33,212 nucleotides of DNA from Octopus sinensis (lineage: Eukaryota): assembly GCF_006345805.1 (NCBI RefSeq), contig NW_021832073.1:1-33212 (forward strand). Reading direction: 5' to 3'. The notes under the pieces are model-generated. The model had not been told where the DNA came from and searched no databases. It was given only the letters and a program-made list of their open reading frames with translations. A program made the position numbers and the translations under genes. How positions within the stretch are numbered: position 1 is the first letter of the stretch; every line of letters begins with the position of its first letter. Positions 11,076 to 23,078 of the stretch are shown here, in pieces.

Positions 11076-11182
11076 AATGATTGTGGGTCTGCAGCTCGCT
11101 TCCTGGAGAGGCAGGTCCATGCCGTCCAATAACATCCTAACCACTAATCCACGCTCCTCCATATTGAAATATGTATTGTATT

Positions 11183-11536
11183 TATTTATTTATTTATTTA
11201 TGCACCCTATTTATTTATTTATTTATTTATGCACCCTATTTCAAGCCTAGCCAGGCTCATGAGCCCGGTTTCCCGGTTTCTATGGCGTATGTGCCCCCCC
11301 CCCAGCTAGACTGGACGCCAGTCCATTGCAGCGTTACTCAAGAAACAAGAAGAAAGAGTGAGAGAAAGTTGGGGCGAAAGAGTATAACAGGGGTCGCCAC
11401 CACCCCCTGCCGGAGCCTCGAGGAGCTTTAGGTGTTTTCGCTCAATTAACACACACAACGCCCGGTCTGGGAATCGAAACCGCTATCCTCCGACCGCTAG
11501 TCCGCTGCCCTAACCACTAGGCCATTGCCCCTCCAC
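11183..11536 (-). mobile_element. SINE head H1 + tail T2 ((AAAT)n-ending variant) with 12-bp TSD
   Basis: TSD ATGTATTGTATT at 11171-11182 and 11537-11548; the tail contains a slipped duplicate of GCACCCT(ATTT)n. Confidence 0.92.
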
Positions 11537-11884
11537 ATGTATTGTATTATGCACTTCATTATCATATACGCCACTCTTTATTGAAATAAAGGATGGCGTA
11601 TCGGATAATGTAGTGTATAATACAATATACCCGATAAAAACAAATAATTGGGATGACCACGGTGAAATCACCTTTGAAAATTGTTTTGCTTGATCAATCA
11701 AGAGGGGAAACTAAACAATAACAACGTCAACAACCTGACTGGAACATAAAGAAGACTAAAAGAGTTGGCACAGAAGCAAGATTTGAACCAAAATTCCAAA
11801 CCAGAAATCCTGATTTTGGTATCTTGCTTTCATACGTAATTATGCTGATGCAAAAAGATCTCCCATAATCTTCGGCAAAAAAAA

Positions 11885-11888
11885 TCAC

Positions 11889-11943
<55 letters not shown>

Positions 11944-12218
11944 GTCATTCATCATCATCATCATATCACATCTCATCATCCTCATCATCATCATCATCAT
12001 CATCATCGCATCAGTCATCATCGTCATCACATCATCATCATATCATCGTCGTCGTCATCATCATCATCATCATCATCATCTCATCCGTCGTCGTCGTCAT
12101 CATTATCGTCGTCGTCATCATCATCATCATCATCATCGTCGTCGTCGTCATCATTATCGTCGTCGTCATCATCATCATCATCATTTTCATCATCATCATC
12201 ATCATCATCATTTTCATC

Positions 12219-12249
<31 letters not shown>

Positions 12250-12611
12250 CCATCATTTTCATCATCATCATCATCATCGCCTTCACCATCATCATCATCA
12301 GGCCCACCATCTTCATCATCATCATCATTAGCAGCAGCAGCAGCAGCAGTATAACCTTTTCCGTCATCATCACCATCGTCATCCTCATCGTCATCGTCGT
12401 CGTCTTTGTCGGAATCATCTTCTCCAACATCAATATAATCTCCATCATTATCGTAATTCCTTTGCCTTGTCATCATAATCCTCCTTCTTCTCATCATCAT
12501 CATCATCATCATTGTCTTCCTCATCATAATTGTAATAGTACTCCATCGTTATTATCCTCTTCATCTTTATCATCCGCATCTTCATATGTATTATCCAGAT
12601 CCTCATCCGCG

Positions 12612-12653
<42 letters not shown>

Positions 12654-12793
12654 CCATCATGAACGTTATCATTATCAACATCATCATAATCTTCATCGTT
12701 ACTTTTACCATCATCTTCAACATCATCATAATCATTATCATCACCATCATCATAATCATCGTCATCATCGTCATCATCATCACCATAATCATT

Positions 12794-12826
<33 letters not shown>

Positions 12827-13072
12827 GTCGTCATCATTATCATCATCATTATCATCGTCATCATAATCATCGTCATCATAATCATCATCATCATCATCAT
12901 CATCATCGTCGTCGTCGTCATCATCATCATCATCATCGTCATCATCATCATCATCGTCGTCGTCGTCGTCATCGTCATCATCATCGTCATCGTCATCGTT
13001 GTCGTCGTCTTCGTCCTTATCATCATCGTGGGCACCACCATGCACATCATCATCACCATCACATCATCATCA
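11885..13072. repeat. ~1.2-kb degenerate (CAT/CGT)n trinucleotide repeat
   Basis: Directly visible; translates as poly-Asp, poly-Met or poly-His depending on frame. Confidence 0.95.
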
Positions 13073-13261
13073 ATAACAATAGGAACTACAACAACAACAA
13101 CAACATCAACAAGAATATTTCGATCCATGAATATTTTTGTTTCGAAGATTATTATTTATTTTTCAAAGATGCAAAGCAAAGAAAAAAAATCAAAGATGGG
13201 GAGGGGAGGAGGAGGAGGAAAAGGAGGAGGAGGAAAAGGAGGAAAAGAAAATCAAAGAACC

Positions 13262-13307
<46 letters not shown>

Positions 13308-13971
13308 CCAGATCGATAAACACTAATATCTTTGTAGCTAGGATTAAATGACTTCTAATTCTTCGATTAAAATACTAATATTTCCTTAAGCACGCCCCGC
13401 CGTTGTTATGAGCAGATTCTATTTGATGTGCACATCTGAGTACGACAGAGATGAATAGAAGAGTATTGAGATCGAAGAGTAGCTGTGTGTAGTTGTGTGT
13501 GTTGATGTTGTTTATAATCGCCTGTATTGGGTTTCAATTCCTGCTGGTATCTCCAATTTTTTTTTTTTTTTCTTACAGACTCATAGATTTGTTTTAAATG
13601 CAGCTTTGCAGAACTTCTGAAGATGTGTGATATACTTTCGAAATTCATTCTATTTTGTTTTGTTTATTTATTTATTTATTTATTTATTTACTTATTTATT
13701 TATTTATTTATTTATTTATTTGTATACGATTTATTATCTTCTTTGCTACATAACGCTCGACTAATGCTTTCCCTTCTTCCTGTTCAGAAATTCTGATGAT
13801 TAAATTAATCTTCTTTTCCTCATTTGCAAATCTAATCAACATATATATATATATATTTAACTTTTATATTTTTTAATTAATTTTATGTATTGGCTTATGT
13901 TTTTCACTGTTTGATTTGCCTAATAGTGGTTTTATCTCTAATTTAATATAATACATATATATATGTATATA

Positions 13972-14204
13972 CTTTTCTGTTCTAGGCACAAGGTCCGAAA
14001 TTTTTGAGGAGATGGGGCCAGTCGATTAGATCAACCCCAGTACACAACTAGTACTTAATTTATCGACCCCTAAAGGACGAAAGGTAAAGCCGACCTCGGC
14101 GGAATTTGAACTCAGAACGTAGCGACAGACGAAATACCTATTTCCGACCGGGGCCTAACACAGAGGGGACAAACAAGGACAGACAAACGGATTAAGTCGA
14201 TTAT
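13972..14204 (-). mobile_element. SINE family C, 3' part
   Basis: Reverse-complement match to 9950-10200. Confidence 0.88.
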
Positions 14205-14418
14205 GAGTGAGCAGGACTCGAGAAGGGGGCTAGCGTTCCGTTCATTCTGAACGGAACGCTAGTCCATCGCAGGCTCACAAATTTACAGCCGAGTGAACTG
14301 GAGTATTGTGAAATAAAGTCTTTTGCTCAATAACACAATGCACTGCCGTTCTAGGAATCGAAACCCCGGTCTTGCAATCGTTAGAGCAACACTCTAACCC
14401 ACTAGGCTACGTGCTTTC
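14205..14418 (-). mobile_element. SINE head H2 with truncated T2 tail ending in a foldback hairpin
   Basis: Plus strand GTGAACTGGAG..GTGAAATAAAGT..TTGCTCAA..ACACAA and GAATCGAAACC match H2; 15-bp perfect hairpin at 14230-14262. Confidence 0.8.
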
Positions 14419-14581
14419 TCGCCTGTTGAAGATATCAGCTAAATATTCCTTAAATCACGCACAGCAATTGCGACAAAGGGTAACACATTCTGTAATATAT
14501 TTCTAAATGCGCGATGTTTGAAAACATGACGGGTTAGTCACAGTTAGTTGTTGTTCACCATAATTATGTTCTATCTTTCTA

Positions 14582-15912
14582 AGGCGTCGAGATGGCGGAA
14601 CCGTTAGCGGCCGGGCGAAATAAGTAGCCGTATTTCGTCTTCCGTTACGTTCTGAGTTCAAATTCCGCCGTGGTCGACTTTGCCTTTCATCATTTCGGGG
14701 TCAATTAAATAAATACCAGTTACGTGTGTCTGTCCTTGTTTGTCCCTTCTGTGTTTAGCCCCTTGTGGGTAGTAAAGAAATAGGAACCGTTAGCACGCCG
14801 GACGAAATGTTTAGCAGTATTTCGCCCGTCGCCACATTCTAAGTTCAAATTCCGCCGAGGTTGACTTTGCCTTTCATCCTTTCGGGGTCGATTAAATAAG
14901 TACCAGTTACGTACTGTGGGCGATATAATCGATTTAATCCGTGTGTCTGTCCTTGTTTGTCCCTTCTGTGTTTAGCCCCTTGTGGGTAGTAAAGAAATAG
15001 GAACCGTTAGCACGCCTGGCGAAATGTTTAGCAGTATTTCGCGCGGCGCCATGTTCTGAGTTCAAATTCCGCTGAGGTTGACTTTGCCTTTCATCCTTTC
15101 GGGGTCGATTAAATAAGTACCAGTTACGTACTGGGGGCGATATAATCGACTTAATCCGTGTGTCTGTCCTTGTTTGTCCCTTCTGTGTTTAGCCCCTTGT
15201 GGGTAGTAAAAAAACAGGAACCGTTAGCACGCCGGGCGAAATGTTTAGCAGTATTTCGCCCGTCGCCACGTTCTAAGTTCAAATTCCGCCGAGGTTGACT
15301 TTGCCTTTCATACTTTCGGGGTCGATTAAATAAGTACCAGTTACGTACTGGGGGCGATATAATCGACTTAATCCGTGTGTCTGTCCTTGTTTGTCCCTTC
15401 TGTGTTTAGCCCTTTGTGGGTAGTAAAGAAATAGGAACCGTTAGCACGCCTGGCGAAATGTTTAGCAGTATTTCGCCCGTCGCCATGTTCTGAGTTCAAA
15501 TTCAGCCGAGGTTGACTTTGCCTTTCATCCTTTCGGGGTCGATTAAATAAGTACCAGTTACGTACTGGGGGGGCGATATAATCGACTTAATCTGTGTGTC
15601 TGTCCTTCTTTGTCCCTTCTGTGTTTAGCCCCTTGTGGGTAGTAAAGAAATAGGAACCGTTAGCACGCCTGGCGAAATGTTTAGCAGTACTTCGCCCGGC
15701 GCCATGTTCTGAGTTCAAATTCCGCTGAGGTTGACTTTGCCTTTCATCCTTTCAGAGTGGATGAAATAAGTACCAGTTACGTCCTGGGGGCGATATAATC
15801 CTTTCGAAGTGGATGAAATAAGTATGAGGTAAGCACTGGGATTGATGTAGTCAACTTATTATCCTCTCCCTCGAAATTTCAGGCTTTGTGCCTATAGTAA
15901 AAAATAAATATA
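14582..15912 (+). repeat. Tandem array of SINE family C units (~217 bp x 6)
   Basis: First unit begins with the SINE head near 14582; later unit starts (GAACCGTTAGCACG) at 14784, 15001, 15218, 15435 and 15654; SINE-type tail at 15860-15912. Confidence 0.95.
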
Positions 15913-16199
15913 TTCTATCTTGTTTGACATGTGATTTTCAGTATTGGTACAGCTGAAAAAAAATTACATAAATGATACAGTATAGCATACAGACTCAATA
16001 TTGACATCTGATATACTGAATATCGTCTTATGAGAAGAAAAAAAATCAATATATTATAAGATAGAATTCAAAGATAGTTTTGGAGTAATTTTAAGAATAT
16101 ACAATATTATTTCAAAATATTTAAACACATATATCTGTGTCTATATTATGTGTGCATGTGTATAATCGTATATGCATATATACATATGTACACATGTAC

Positions 16200-16244
<45 letters not shown>

Positions 16245-16622
16245 ACAAATACATGCATAATTACATATATACATACACTCCACAGATATATACATATATA
16301 CTTTTGTTTATGTTGTTGTTATTGTTGTTGTTCTTCTTCTCCATCTTCTTCTTCTTCTTCCTCTTCATGAGATTAAGTGCGTAGAATTCTTAATGCATTG
16401 AAACTCCGGAAAGACACTTTATGCAAATGTCTTTTTAATCTGAAAATCTATCGGAGACTGGATTAAAACATTGAGTTGTTTTTTTACATATCAGATTGAA
16501 GAAGTATGAAAAATAATCTGAATATTTTAATGTCTTAATGCAATAACTTCTATACTCTAAATTATTTTATTTCAATTTAAGTTTTTAAAAAATAATAATA
16601 ATAATAATTTCACTAAATAAAT

Positions 16623-16781
16623 AGGCATGGCTGAATGGCTAAGAAGACTACTTGGCAACCACGTGATTTCAAGTTCAGTTCTATTGGGTGTTACGTTAGG
16701 CATCTGCTCTCTATTATATCCCCGAGCCGGACAATGCCTTCTGAGTGAATGTAGTAGACAGAAAGTGCGTGGAAGCCTGTC
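16623..16781 (+). mobile_element. SINE family A 5' half, old
   Basis: TGGCTGAATGGCTAAG..CAACCACGTGATTTCAAGTTCAGT..GAGTGAAT..GTAGACAGAAA..GAAGCCTGTC aligns to 133-290. Confidence 0.7.
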
Positions 16782-16782
16782 A

Positions 16783-16818
16783 TTCACACACACACACACA
16801 CACACACAAAAACATATG

Positions 16819-16849
<31 letters not shown>

Positions 16850-16876
16850 ATATATTAGATAGAAATCTGTATATAT

Positions 16877-16959
<83 letters not shown>

Positions 16960-17157
16960 GCAGAGAGACAGATAGACAGACAGACAGACAGGTAGGTAGG
17001 TAGGTAGGTAGGTAGGTAGAGAAAACCGACAGACACATACATACATACATACATACATACATACATACATGCATACAACCATACATACATACAATCATAC
17101 ATATATACATGCATGCATACATACATACATACATACAATCATACATACATACATACA
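16783..17157. repeat. Compound microsatellite (CA)(TA)(GATA)(GACA)(GGTA)(CATA)
   Basis: Directly visible. Confidence 0.95.
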
Positions 17158-17833
17158 TGGCTGGCTAGTTGGATAGGCTAAAACTGAGCGAAACGGTGAA
17201 TGTCGACAACGATTTCTACGACAGATCGTAGATTATTGAATAACGGCTGCCAGCGGCATTCTGGCATTCTGTGTAAGTGCCAATGACATGTAGTAGAATA
17301 AACACGACTACGGTATCACTCAGATGTGTCAGAATGCATGTTCTCATAGCGCATGGAGTGTTCTTCAAGTGTTGACCGAAAGTGTGGGCAAGGAACATTT
17401 CAAATTCCTTGAGCAACGGTTTCCAAACGATGTCTGAAGTTGTTGGATCTGACATTTATTGTAATTCTTCTAAGATTTCTGATTATTGCTCGTGTTGTTT
17501 CGTACACGTTGTTGCAACGTGTTGTCAACGTGTGTGTCTTTGGTGCGAACGTGACTTTCGTAATACACGTATGTCGTATGTATCTTGCACTCGTCTTCTT
17601 TCGTCTTCGATTCTTTCTTTTTCGCATTCTCTATCTCTCCCTCTTTCTCTCCTTTCTACGCCCTCTCTCTCCCTATTCGTCAGTCTTTATCTGTGTTTCT
17701 CTCTCTTCCTCCGACTTTTTATTTCGCTTCCTCTCTCTTTCTGTCTCACCTGCTGGATATTTCGCCGCCCCTTTCTCTCATTTTGCTCTCCTCTCTTTCT
17801 CTATCTTACTGTATTTCCTTATATAAACAGACA

Positions 17834-17880
17834 AACTGACAGACAGACAGAAAGACAGACAGACAGACAGACAGACATAC

Positions 17881-17948
<68 letters not shown>

Positions 17949-18105
17949 GGATGGATGGATAGATAGACAGACAGACAGACAGATAGATACATACATACAT
18001 ACATACATAGAATCGTACATAATACATGCATGCATACATACATACATACATACATACATACATACATACATACATACACACATACATACATACATACATA
18101 CATGC
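17834..18105. repeat. Compound microsatellite (GACA)(GATA)(CATA)
   Basis: Directly visible. Confidence 0.95.
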
Positions 18106-18116
18106 ATGCTTGCATT

Positions 18117-18524
18117 GTAAAGACTGTATCCACACCTTTCGAAACAATGAATAGTAGTGGAACATACCAATAACAGCAGCCATGTCTAAATAAGTACAAC
18201 AGAAGAAATACTCTAGTACGGGACCGTGAACAAAAGTCATCCATCTTTGTAAAAATCAAACGTGAAAATCTCAACAAAAATTGTTGTAAAGAAGAACATC
18301 GTTTGAAATGGTTGGGAATCCTATAGCTTTTATACACAGGCTAAAGATTTTCATTCGTACCAATTATCTATTATTGGTGCCTCGGGCTACGTAAAATCAG
18401 ATCTGCGTAGAAAGCCAGAAAAGTTGGGGTTCTCCGAAAATGAACGAAGCAAAGTGGTCTGTATTTCACCAGGTTCGATCGATTTGTCGTACAGTGAAAG
18501 ATTTGTAAAACATTTCAGAGATTC
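18117..18524 (+). pseudogene. Old 3' fragment of an R4/Dong-like non-LTR retrotransposon (RLE region)
   Basis: Broken frames give WNIPI, KYNRRNTLVRDREQKSSIFVKI, IIGASGYVKSDLRRKPEKLGFSENERSK and ICKTFQRF, colinear with WNVPV, KHNRPDIMIWDRVEKLCIVVEI, IIGALDYV..LEK and ICKPFQKF at 28914-29346. Confidence 0.8.
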
Positions 18525-18603
18525 TCAGGCACAGAATCATATATACATATGGAATGCATACGCATAAACTGTAATGAATTATAAAATAAAATAATAAGAT
18601 AAA

Positions 18604-18835
18604 TGCGCCCTTTTAAAACCTAGCCAGGCTCAAGGGCCTGGTTTCCCGGTTTTTCGGTTTCCATGGCGTATGCGTTCCCTAGCTGGACGGGACGCCAGTC
18701 CATCGCAGCGTTACTCGTTTTTGCCAGCTGAGTGGACTGGAGCAACGTGAAATGAAGTGTTTTGCTCAAGAACACAACGCGTCGACCGGTCTAGGAATTG
18801 AAACCACAATCTTACGATCATGATGCTGACACCCT
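18604..18835 (-). mobile_element. SINE head H2 + tail T2, head slightly truncated
   Basis: Tail matches 11231-11330; head GTGGACTGGAGCAACGTGAAATGAAGTGTTTTGCTCAAGAACACAACGC matches H2. Confidence 0.88.
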
Positions 18836-19200
18836 GATTCGTTTAAATTTTGCAAAGGAGAAAACTAAATGAATCCCAATGAAAAATATTCAAATCAATG
18901 TAGAATTTGAGTTTTCTTAAAAAACAAATGAAGAAATATTGACAGTAATATTAATCCAAATTTAAACTTAATTTCTTACTGTTATATTTTGGGACGGTCA
19001 CTTTTTTCTTGCCAAATAAACACACGCACCATATATTCGTTCTTCACTTGTTTATTTTTGTTCTTATTTTATGTCCATTGTCTAGGAATCTTTCCTCTCG
19101 CACTTGTGACCTCTTCAGCAACTCTCCATCCTACGTGTCTCCTCCTGGACTAAACAGAACAGTGACCTGACTAAGTCTGTGCAATGCTCAACCATTTAAA

Positions 19201-19456
19201 TGGCTTAGTGGTTAAATTGTTGGACTCATGATCGCAAGATGATGGTTTCGATTCCCCGACCGGGCGATGTGTTGTGTTCTTGAACAAAACACTTCATTTC
19301 ATGCTGCTCCATTCCACTCAGCTGGCTAAAATGAGTAATCCTGCGACGGGCCGGAATCCCGTCTTGGGGTGAATATCTGCACAACGGCAACCAGAAAACC
19401 AGAAAACCGGTAACCAGAAACGGCAACAAGAAAACCGGCAACATGAATCTATATGA
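19201..19456 (+). mobile_element. SINE head H2 + tail T2 with slipped GAAAACC(A/G)G repeats
   Basis: A box TGGCTTAGTGG, B box GGTTTCGATTCC, CORE-like TGTTCTTGAACAAAACACTTCATTTC. Confidence 0.85.
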
Positions 19457-19752
19457 TTTGGGCAGGATCTTTATCTCTTTATCCTTTTTCTTTTTAAATA
19501 CTAAATCAATAACTAGGTCATTCAATTAATCGAAAACTGGCGCTCGTATGCTGAAACCGCACATATATACATATATATATAAGTGTATACATACATACAT
19601 ACATACAAACATATATATGTATATATATGGAGGGGAGGCACGTCCACTATGTGTGTGCGCATGTATATGATTCGAGAGTCCAATAGATGCATGTGTATGT
19701 ATAAATTTACACATATATATGCATATGCACATGTATGGTTTTGTGCATGAGT

Positions 19753-19791
<39 letters not shown>

Positions 19792-19931
19792 CGCGCGTGT
19801 GCGTGTGTGTGTGAGAGAGCGGGAGAGAGAGTGTGTGTGTGTGCATGTGTATAAGTAAATATGGCGTCGGCTGTCCAAAATCGATTATGCTATTCACTTT
19901 ATATTGTCCCGGATTGATTTTCGTCATTTAC

Positions 19932-20010
19932 CATTGTGAAGTACGTGAGTAATTATAGTCGAAATTCACCCCCGAAATATCGTAGACAAATTTAAGTAGA
20001 TATAGAATAC
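19932..20010 (-). CDS. Candidate internal coding exon (G)ILYLLKFVYDISGVNFDYNYSRTSQ
   Basis: Acceptor TTTCGCTATTTGTTATTGCCTGCAG| and donor ATG|GTAAAT. Only one frame is open, and it is phase-compatible with the 26393 donor. Confidence 0.35.
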
Positions 20011-20336
20011 CTGCAGGCAATAACAAATAGCGAAATCATGTGATTTTGGCAAGTTAGTTCATTGATTAACGAATTTTACATTTTTACATTTTACAGATTC
20101 ATTTGTTTTTGTTGCTTTTTAACGACGTTTGTTTGTGTTATGTCTGGCAGCAAAATATCATCAGAATGTGTTTGCCATATGCCATTATCTAAAAGATTGT
20201 GAGACAACGAAAAAAATTCCACGCGCTGGTTCGACCAGTTTGATATAGCAGCCAATCTCCCTTAAATTAAACACTGCAGTCATAAATGAAAAGTGTAATA
20301 GTGGGTAATTTTGATCCTGTTATACAGGTTGGGGTT

Positions 20337-20654
20337 AAGGCGCGTGGATTAGTGGTTAGGTATTCGGCTTGTGATCGTGAAGTCGTAAGTTCAATTCACG
20401 GCGATGCGTGGTGTTCTTCAGCATGACACTTTATTTCGGGTTGCTCCAGTTCACTCAACTAGCGAAAATGAGTAGTAGCTGTATTTCAAAGAGCCAGCCT
20501 TGACACACTCTGTGTCACGCTGAATCTCCCTGAGAACTACGCTAAGGGTACGTGTGTCTGTGAAGTGCTCAGCCACTTGCACGTTATTTTCACGAGCAGG
20601 CTATTCTGTTGATCAGATCAACTGGAACCCTCGTCGTCATAACTGACGGAGTAC
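20337..20654 (+). mobile_element. SINE head H2 + tail T1 with 14-bp TSD (one mismatch)
   Basis: TSD GTTATACAGGTTGG at 20319-20332 and GTTATACAGGCTGG at 20657-20670; tail aligns to 2680-2855. Confidence 0.9.
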
Positions 20655-20809
20655 CAGTTATACAGGCTGGTCACAGCATGAATAGTTTTACTCATAGGCT
20701 TGCTCAATCAGAACTTGCTTAGAACAAAGCAAAAACAACAGATTGACCAATGTTTCAGTCAAAGCAAATATTGCAAGAACAGTAAACTTGAGTATCGTTT
20801 GGTTGTGGC

Positions 20810-20857
20810 GGCCCACTGTGCCAATATGCTACAGGGCCCACTGTGCCAATATGCTAC
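20810..20857. repeat. Tandem duplication, 25-bp period
   Basis: GGCCCACTGTGCCAATATGCTAC at 20810 and 20835. Confidence 0.9.
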
Positions 20858-21163
20858 GGTAGTGGTGGTGGTGGTGGACGATGAGGAATACGATGGGGAC
20901 CACGACGACGATGGCCAAGACCACAACGATGACATGATGATGATGATGAAAACGTTTGGGGAGGCTGTGGTTGAAGCCAATGGCGATTTTATTGAATGAA
21001 TTTACTCTTTAGTATTTCAAGATATTGTTACGTAACATTAGCAAATATATATTAAAATGAGTGTCAGTGTTATTTTCATTTTGCGTTTTTAGACTACAAT
21101 TTATTCACCGCACCCTGTATGTATGTGTATATAATAGAGATATATATATATATATATTATATA

Positions 21164-21213
<50 letters not shown>

Positions 21214-21468
21214 CAAAATGGGACAAGAAACGCAAAAAATCCGGACAGTGAGGTGATACAAAAATGGGACAACAAAATAGACGATACAAAGAAAACAAGG
21301 ACGGGTCATTCGAAGTTTTCTTTTCTCAGTCAAGTACCAGATTATCTTCGCAATTTTGGCTGATTATAATTGAGATTGTTCCAATTTGGCCAGCCCCAAG
21401 TAAAAATTAGATTCCTTGGAAGAAAGCAGGGAATGAATACAAAAACAAGAGCGGTAAAGAACGGACAA

Positions 21469-21752
21469 TGGTTAGAACAGCGGACTCGCGGTGGAGGGAT
21501 CGCGGGTTCGAATCTCAGACCGGGTGATGTGTGTGTTTATGATAGAAATACCTAAGCTCCTCACGGCTCCGGCAGAAGGTAATGGCGAACTTCTTCTGCT
21601 GACTCTTTCGCCACAAAACTTTCCTCATTCTTTCCTCTGCATCTTGCAGCTCACCTGCGACGGACCGGCGTCCCGTCCAGGTGGGGAACCTATAAGCCAA
21701 AGGAAACGGGAAAACCGGCCTATGAGCCAGGCGTGGCTCGAGAAGAAACAAA
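21469..21752 (+). mobile_element. SINE head H1 + tail T2, 5' clipped
   Basis: Aligns to 4550-4836. Confidence 0.9.
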
Positions 21753-22074
21753 ATAATACATACATACATACAGACAGACAGACAGACAGGCGACAGAAAG
21801 ACAGGCAGACAGACAGACAGACAAAGAGACAGACAAATGAATATGGTACTTAAGTCAGAGGCACCAGAATTTTGTATGGTATTATCCATATAAATCCATG
21901 GGGTGATTATAATCAAAATAAGCAACAAGTATATCTCCGGTAATTTGGTACGATCGTTTCATGCTACTTCATTTTATTAAACATTGTAAGACAGAGAGAA
22001 AGAGTTCAAAAGAATGGAGGGAAATAGCAAAGGAGAATGTAGAAACAAAAGATAAAATTGATCGAAGATAATGA

Positions 22075-22475
22075 TGGGATGGACGGAAGCACTCCGTCGG
22101 TTACGACGACGAGGGTTCCGGTTGACCCCGATCCAACGGAACAGCCTGCTCGTGAAATTAACGTGTAAGTGGCTGAGCACTCCACAGACACGTGTACCCT
22201 TAACGCAGTTCTCGGGGATATTCAGCGTGACACAGAGAGTGACAAGGCCGCCGGCCCTTTGAAATACAGGTACAACAGAAACAGGAAGTAAGAGTGAGAG
22301 AAAGTTGTGGTGAAAGAGTACAGCAGGGATCACCACCATCCCCTGCCGGAGCCTCGTGGAGCTTTTTAGGTGTTTTCGCTCAATAAACACTCACAACGCC
22401 CCGGTCTGGGAATCGAAACCGCGATCCTATGACCGCGAGTCCGCTGCCCTAACCACTGGGCCATTGCGCCTCCAC
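22075..22475 (-). mobile_element. SINE head H1 + tail T1, full length with 12-bp TSD
   Basis: TSD CGAAGATAATGA at 22063-22074 and 22476-22487; near-identical to 2479-2862. Confidence 0.95.
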
Positions 22476-22992
22476 CGAAGATAATGAAAATAATGGGGCG
22501 GGGTGCTCCGAAAAAAGAACAAAAGAATGCAATATTGAGGTAGAGAAAAAAAAGGAATTACGTCAGCTTCTGATTAAGTGTGTGAAACTTTCGTAGTTGT
22601 CTAAAACTGTTAGGTAAGCAATATGTAAGAAAAGTGCAGAAGCTGAAGGGGTTTCTTCTCGTAAATAAGACTAAAATTTAGTATTCAAATGAAACCCGAA
22701 GTCGGAATTTTCAAGAAATATATGACGTAAATAGAGTGAAATAAAACACGTAAAAAAAGATAAAATAGAATAAAATGGAAGAAAAGAGAAGAAAAGAATA
22801 GCTTATATTATGCATTCTTAGTGTTTTTGTTTGTTTCGTTGAATGTTTTTGCTTTTTGATTTTTTTTTGTTGTCTTTTTTTTCTTTTTGTCTTTGATCCC
22901 TTCGCTTCAGGGAATTTTAAGTTGAACTTTTTAGTTTTTTTATTTATTTCAGTTACGATTTTGTTGTTGTTGTTGTTGGAGGGGGGTACTGC

Positions 22993-23044
22993 TGGGGGGG
23001 GGCGATGATGGTGGTGACGGTGGAGGTGCTAGTGGTGCTGCTGG

Positions 23045-23078
<34 letters not shown>

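Noticed and set aside
11940-12080. Frequent 1-nt phase slips in the CAT repeat (also in the TA tract at 8843-9180)
   Set aside because: Pattern is compatible with long-read consensus error, so no biological meaning is assigned.
14582-15912. Regularly spaced repeats superficially like a CRISPR array
   Set aside because: Units are fully homologous 217-bp SINE modules with no unique spacers and no cas genes; the context is eukaryotic.
16447-16460. Minus-strand QSPID, reminiscent of the carbonic anhydrase QSPI motif
   Set aside because: The frame closes after 7 more codons, lacks the upstream GPxxW/C context and has no usable donor; probably chance.
17216-17627. Non-repetitive ORFs on both strands (MSDPTTSDIVWK..., MSEVVGSDIYC..., NKHDYGITQMC...)
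   Set aside because: No recognisable domain and no convincing acceptor/donor pair; overlapping frames on both strands look like chance or an unidentified old transposon relic.
20700-20999. 99-aa ORF containing the 25-bp tandem duplication
   Set aside because: TTG start, low-complexity second half, frameshift-length duplication and no recognisable homology.
21290-21340. Minus-strand CTGAGAA-AAG(aaaa)CTT-CGAA, hammerhead-like words
   Set aside because: No helix III/NUH or helix I can be formed; probably a repeat fragment of unknown family.
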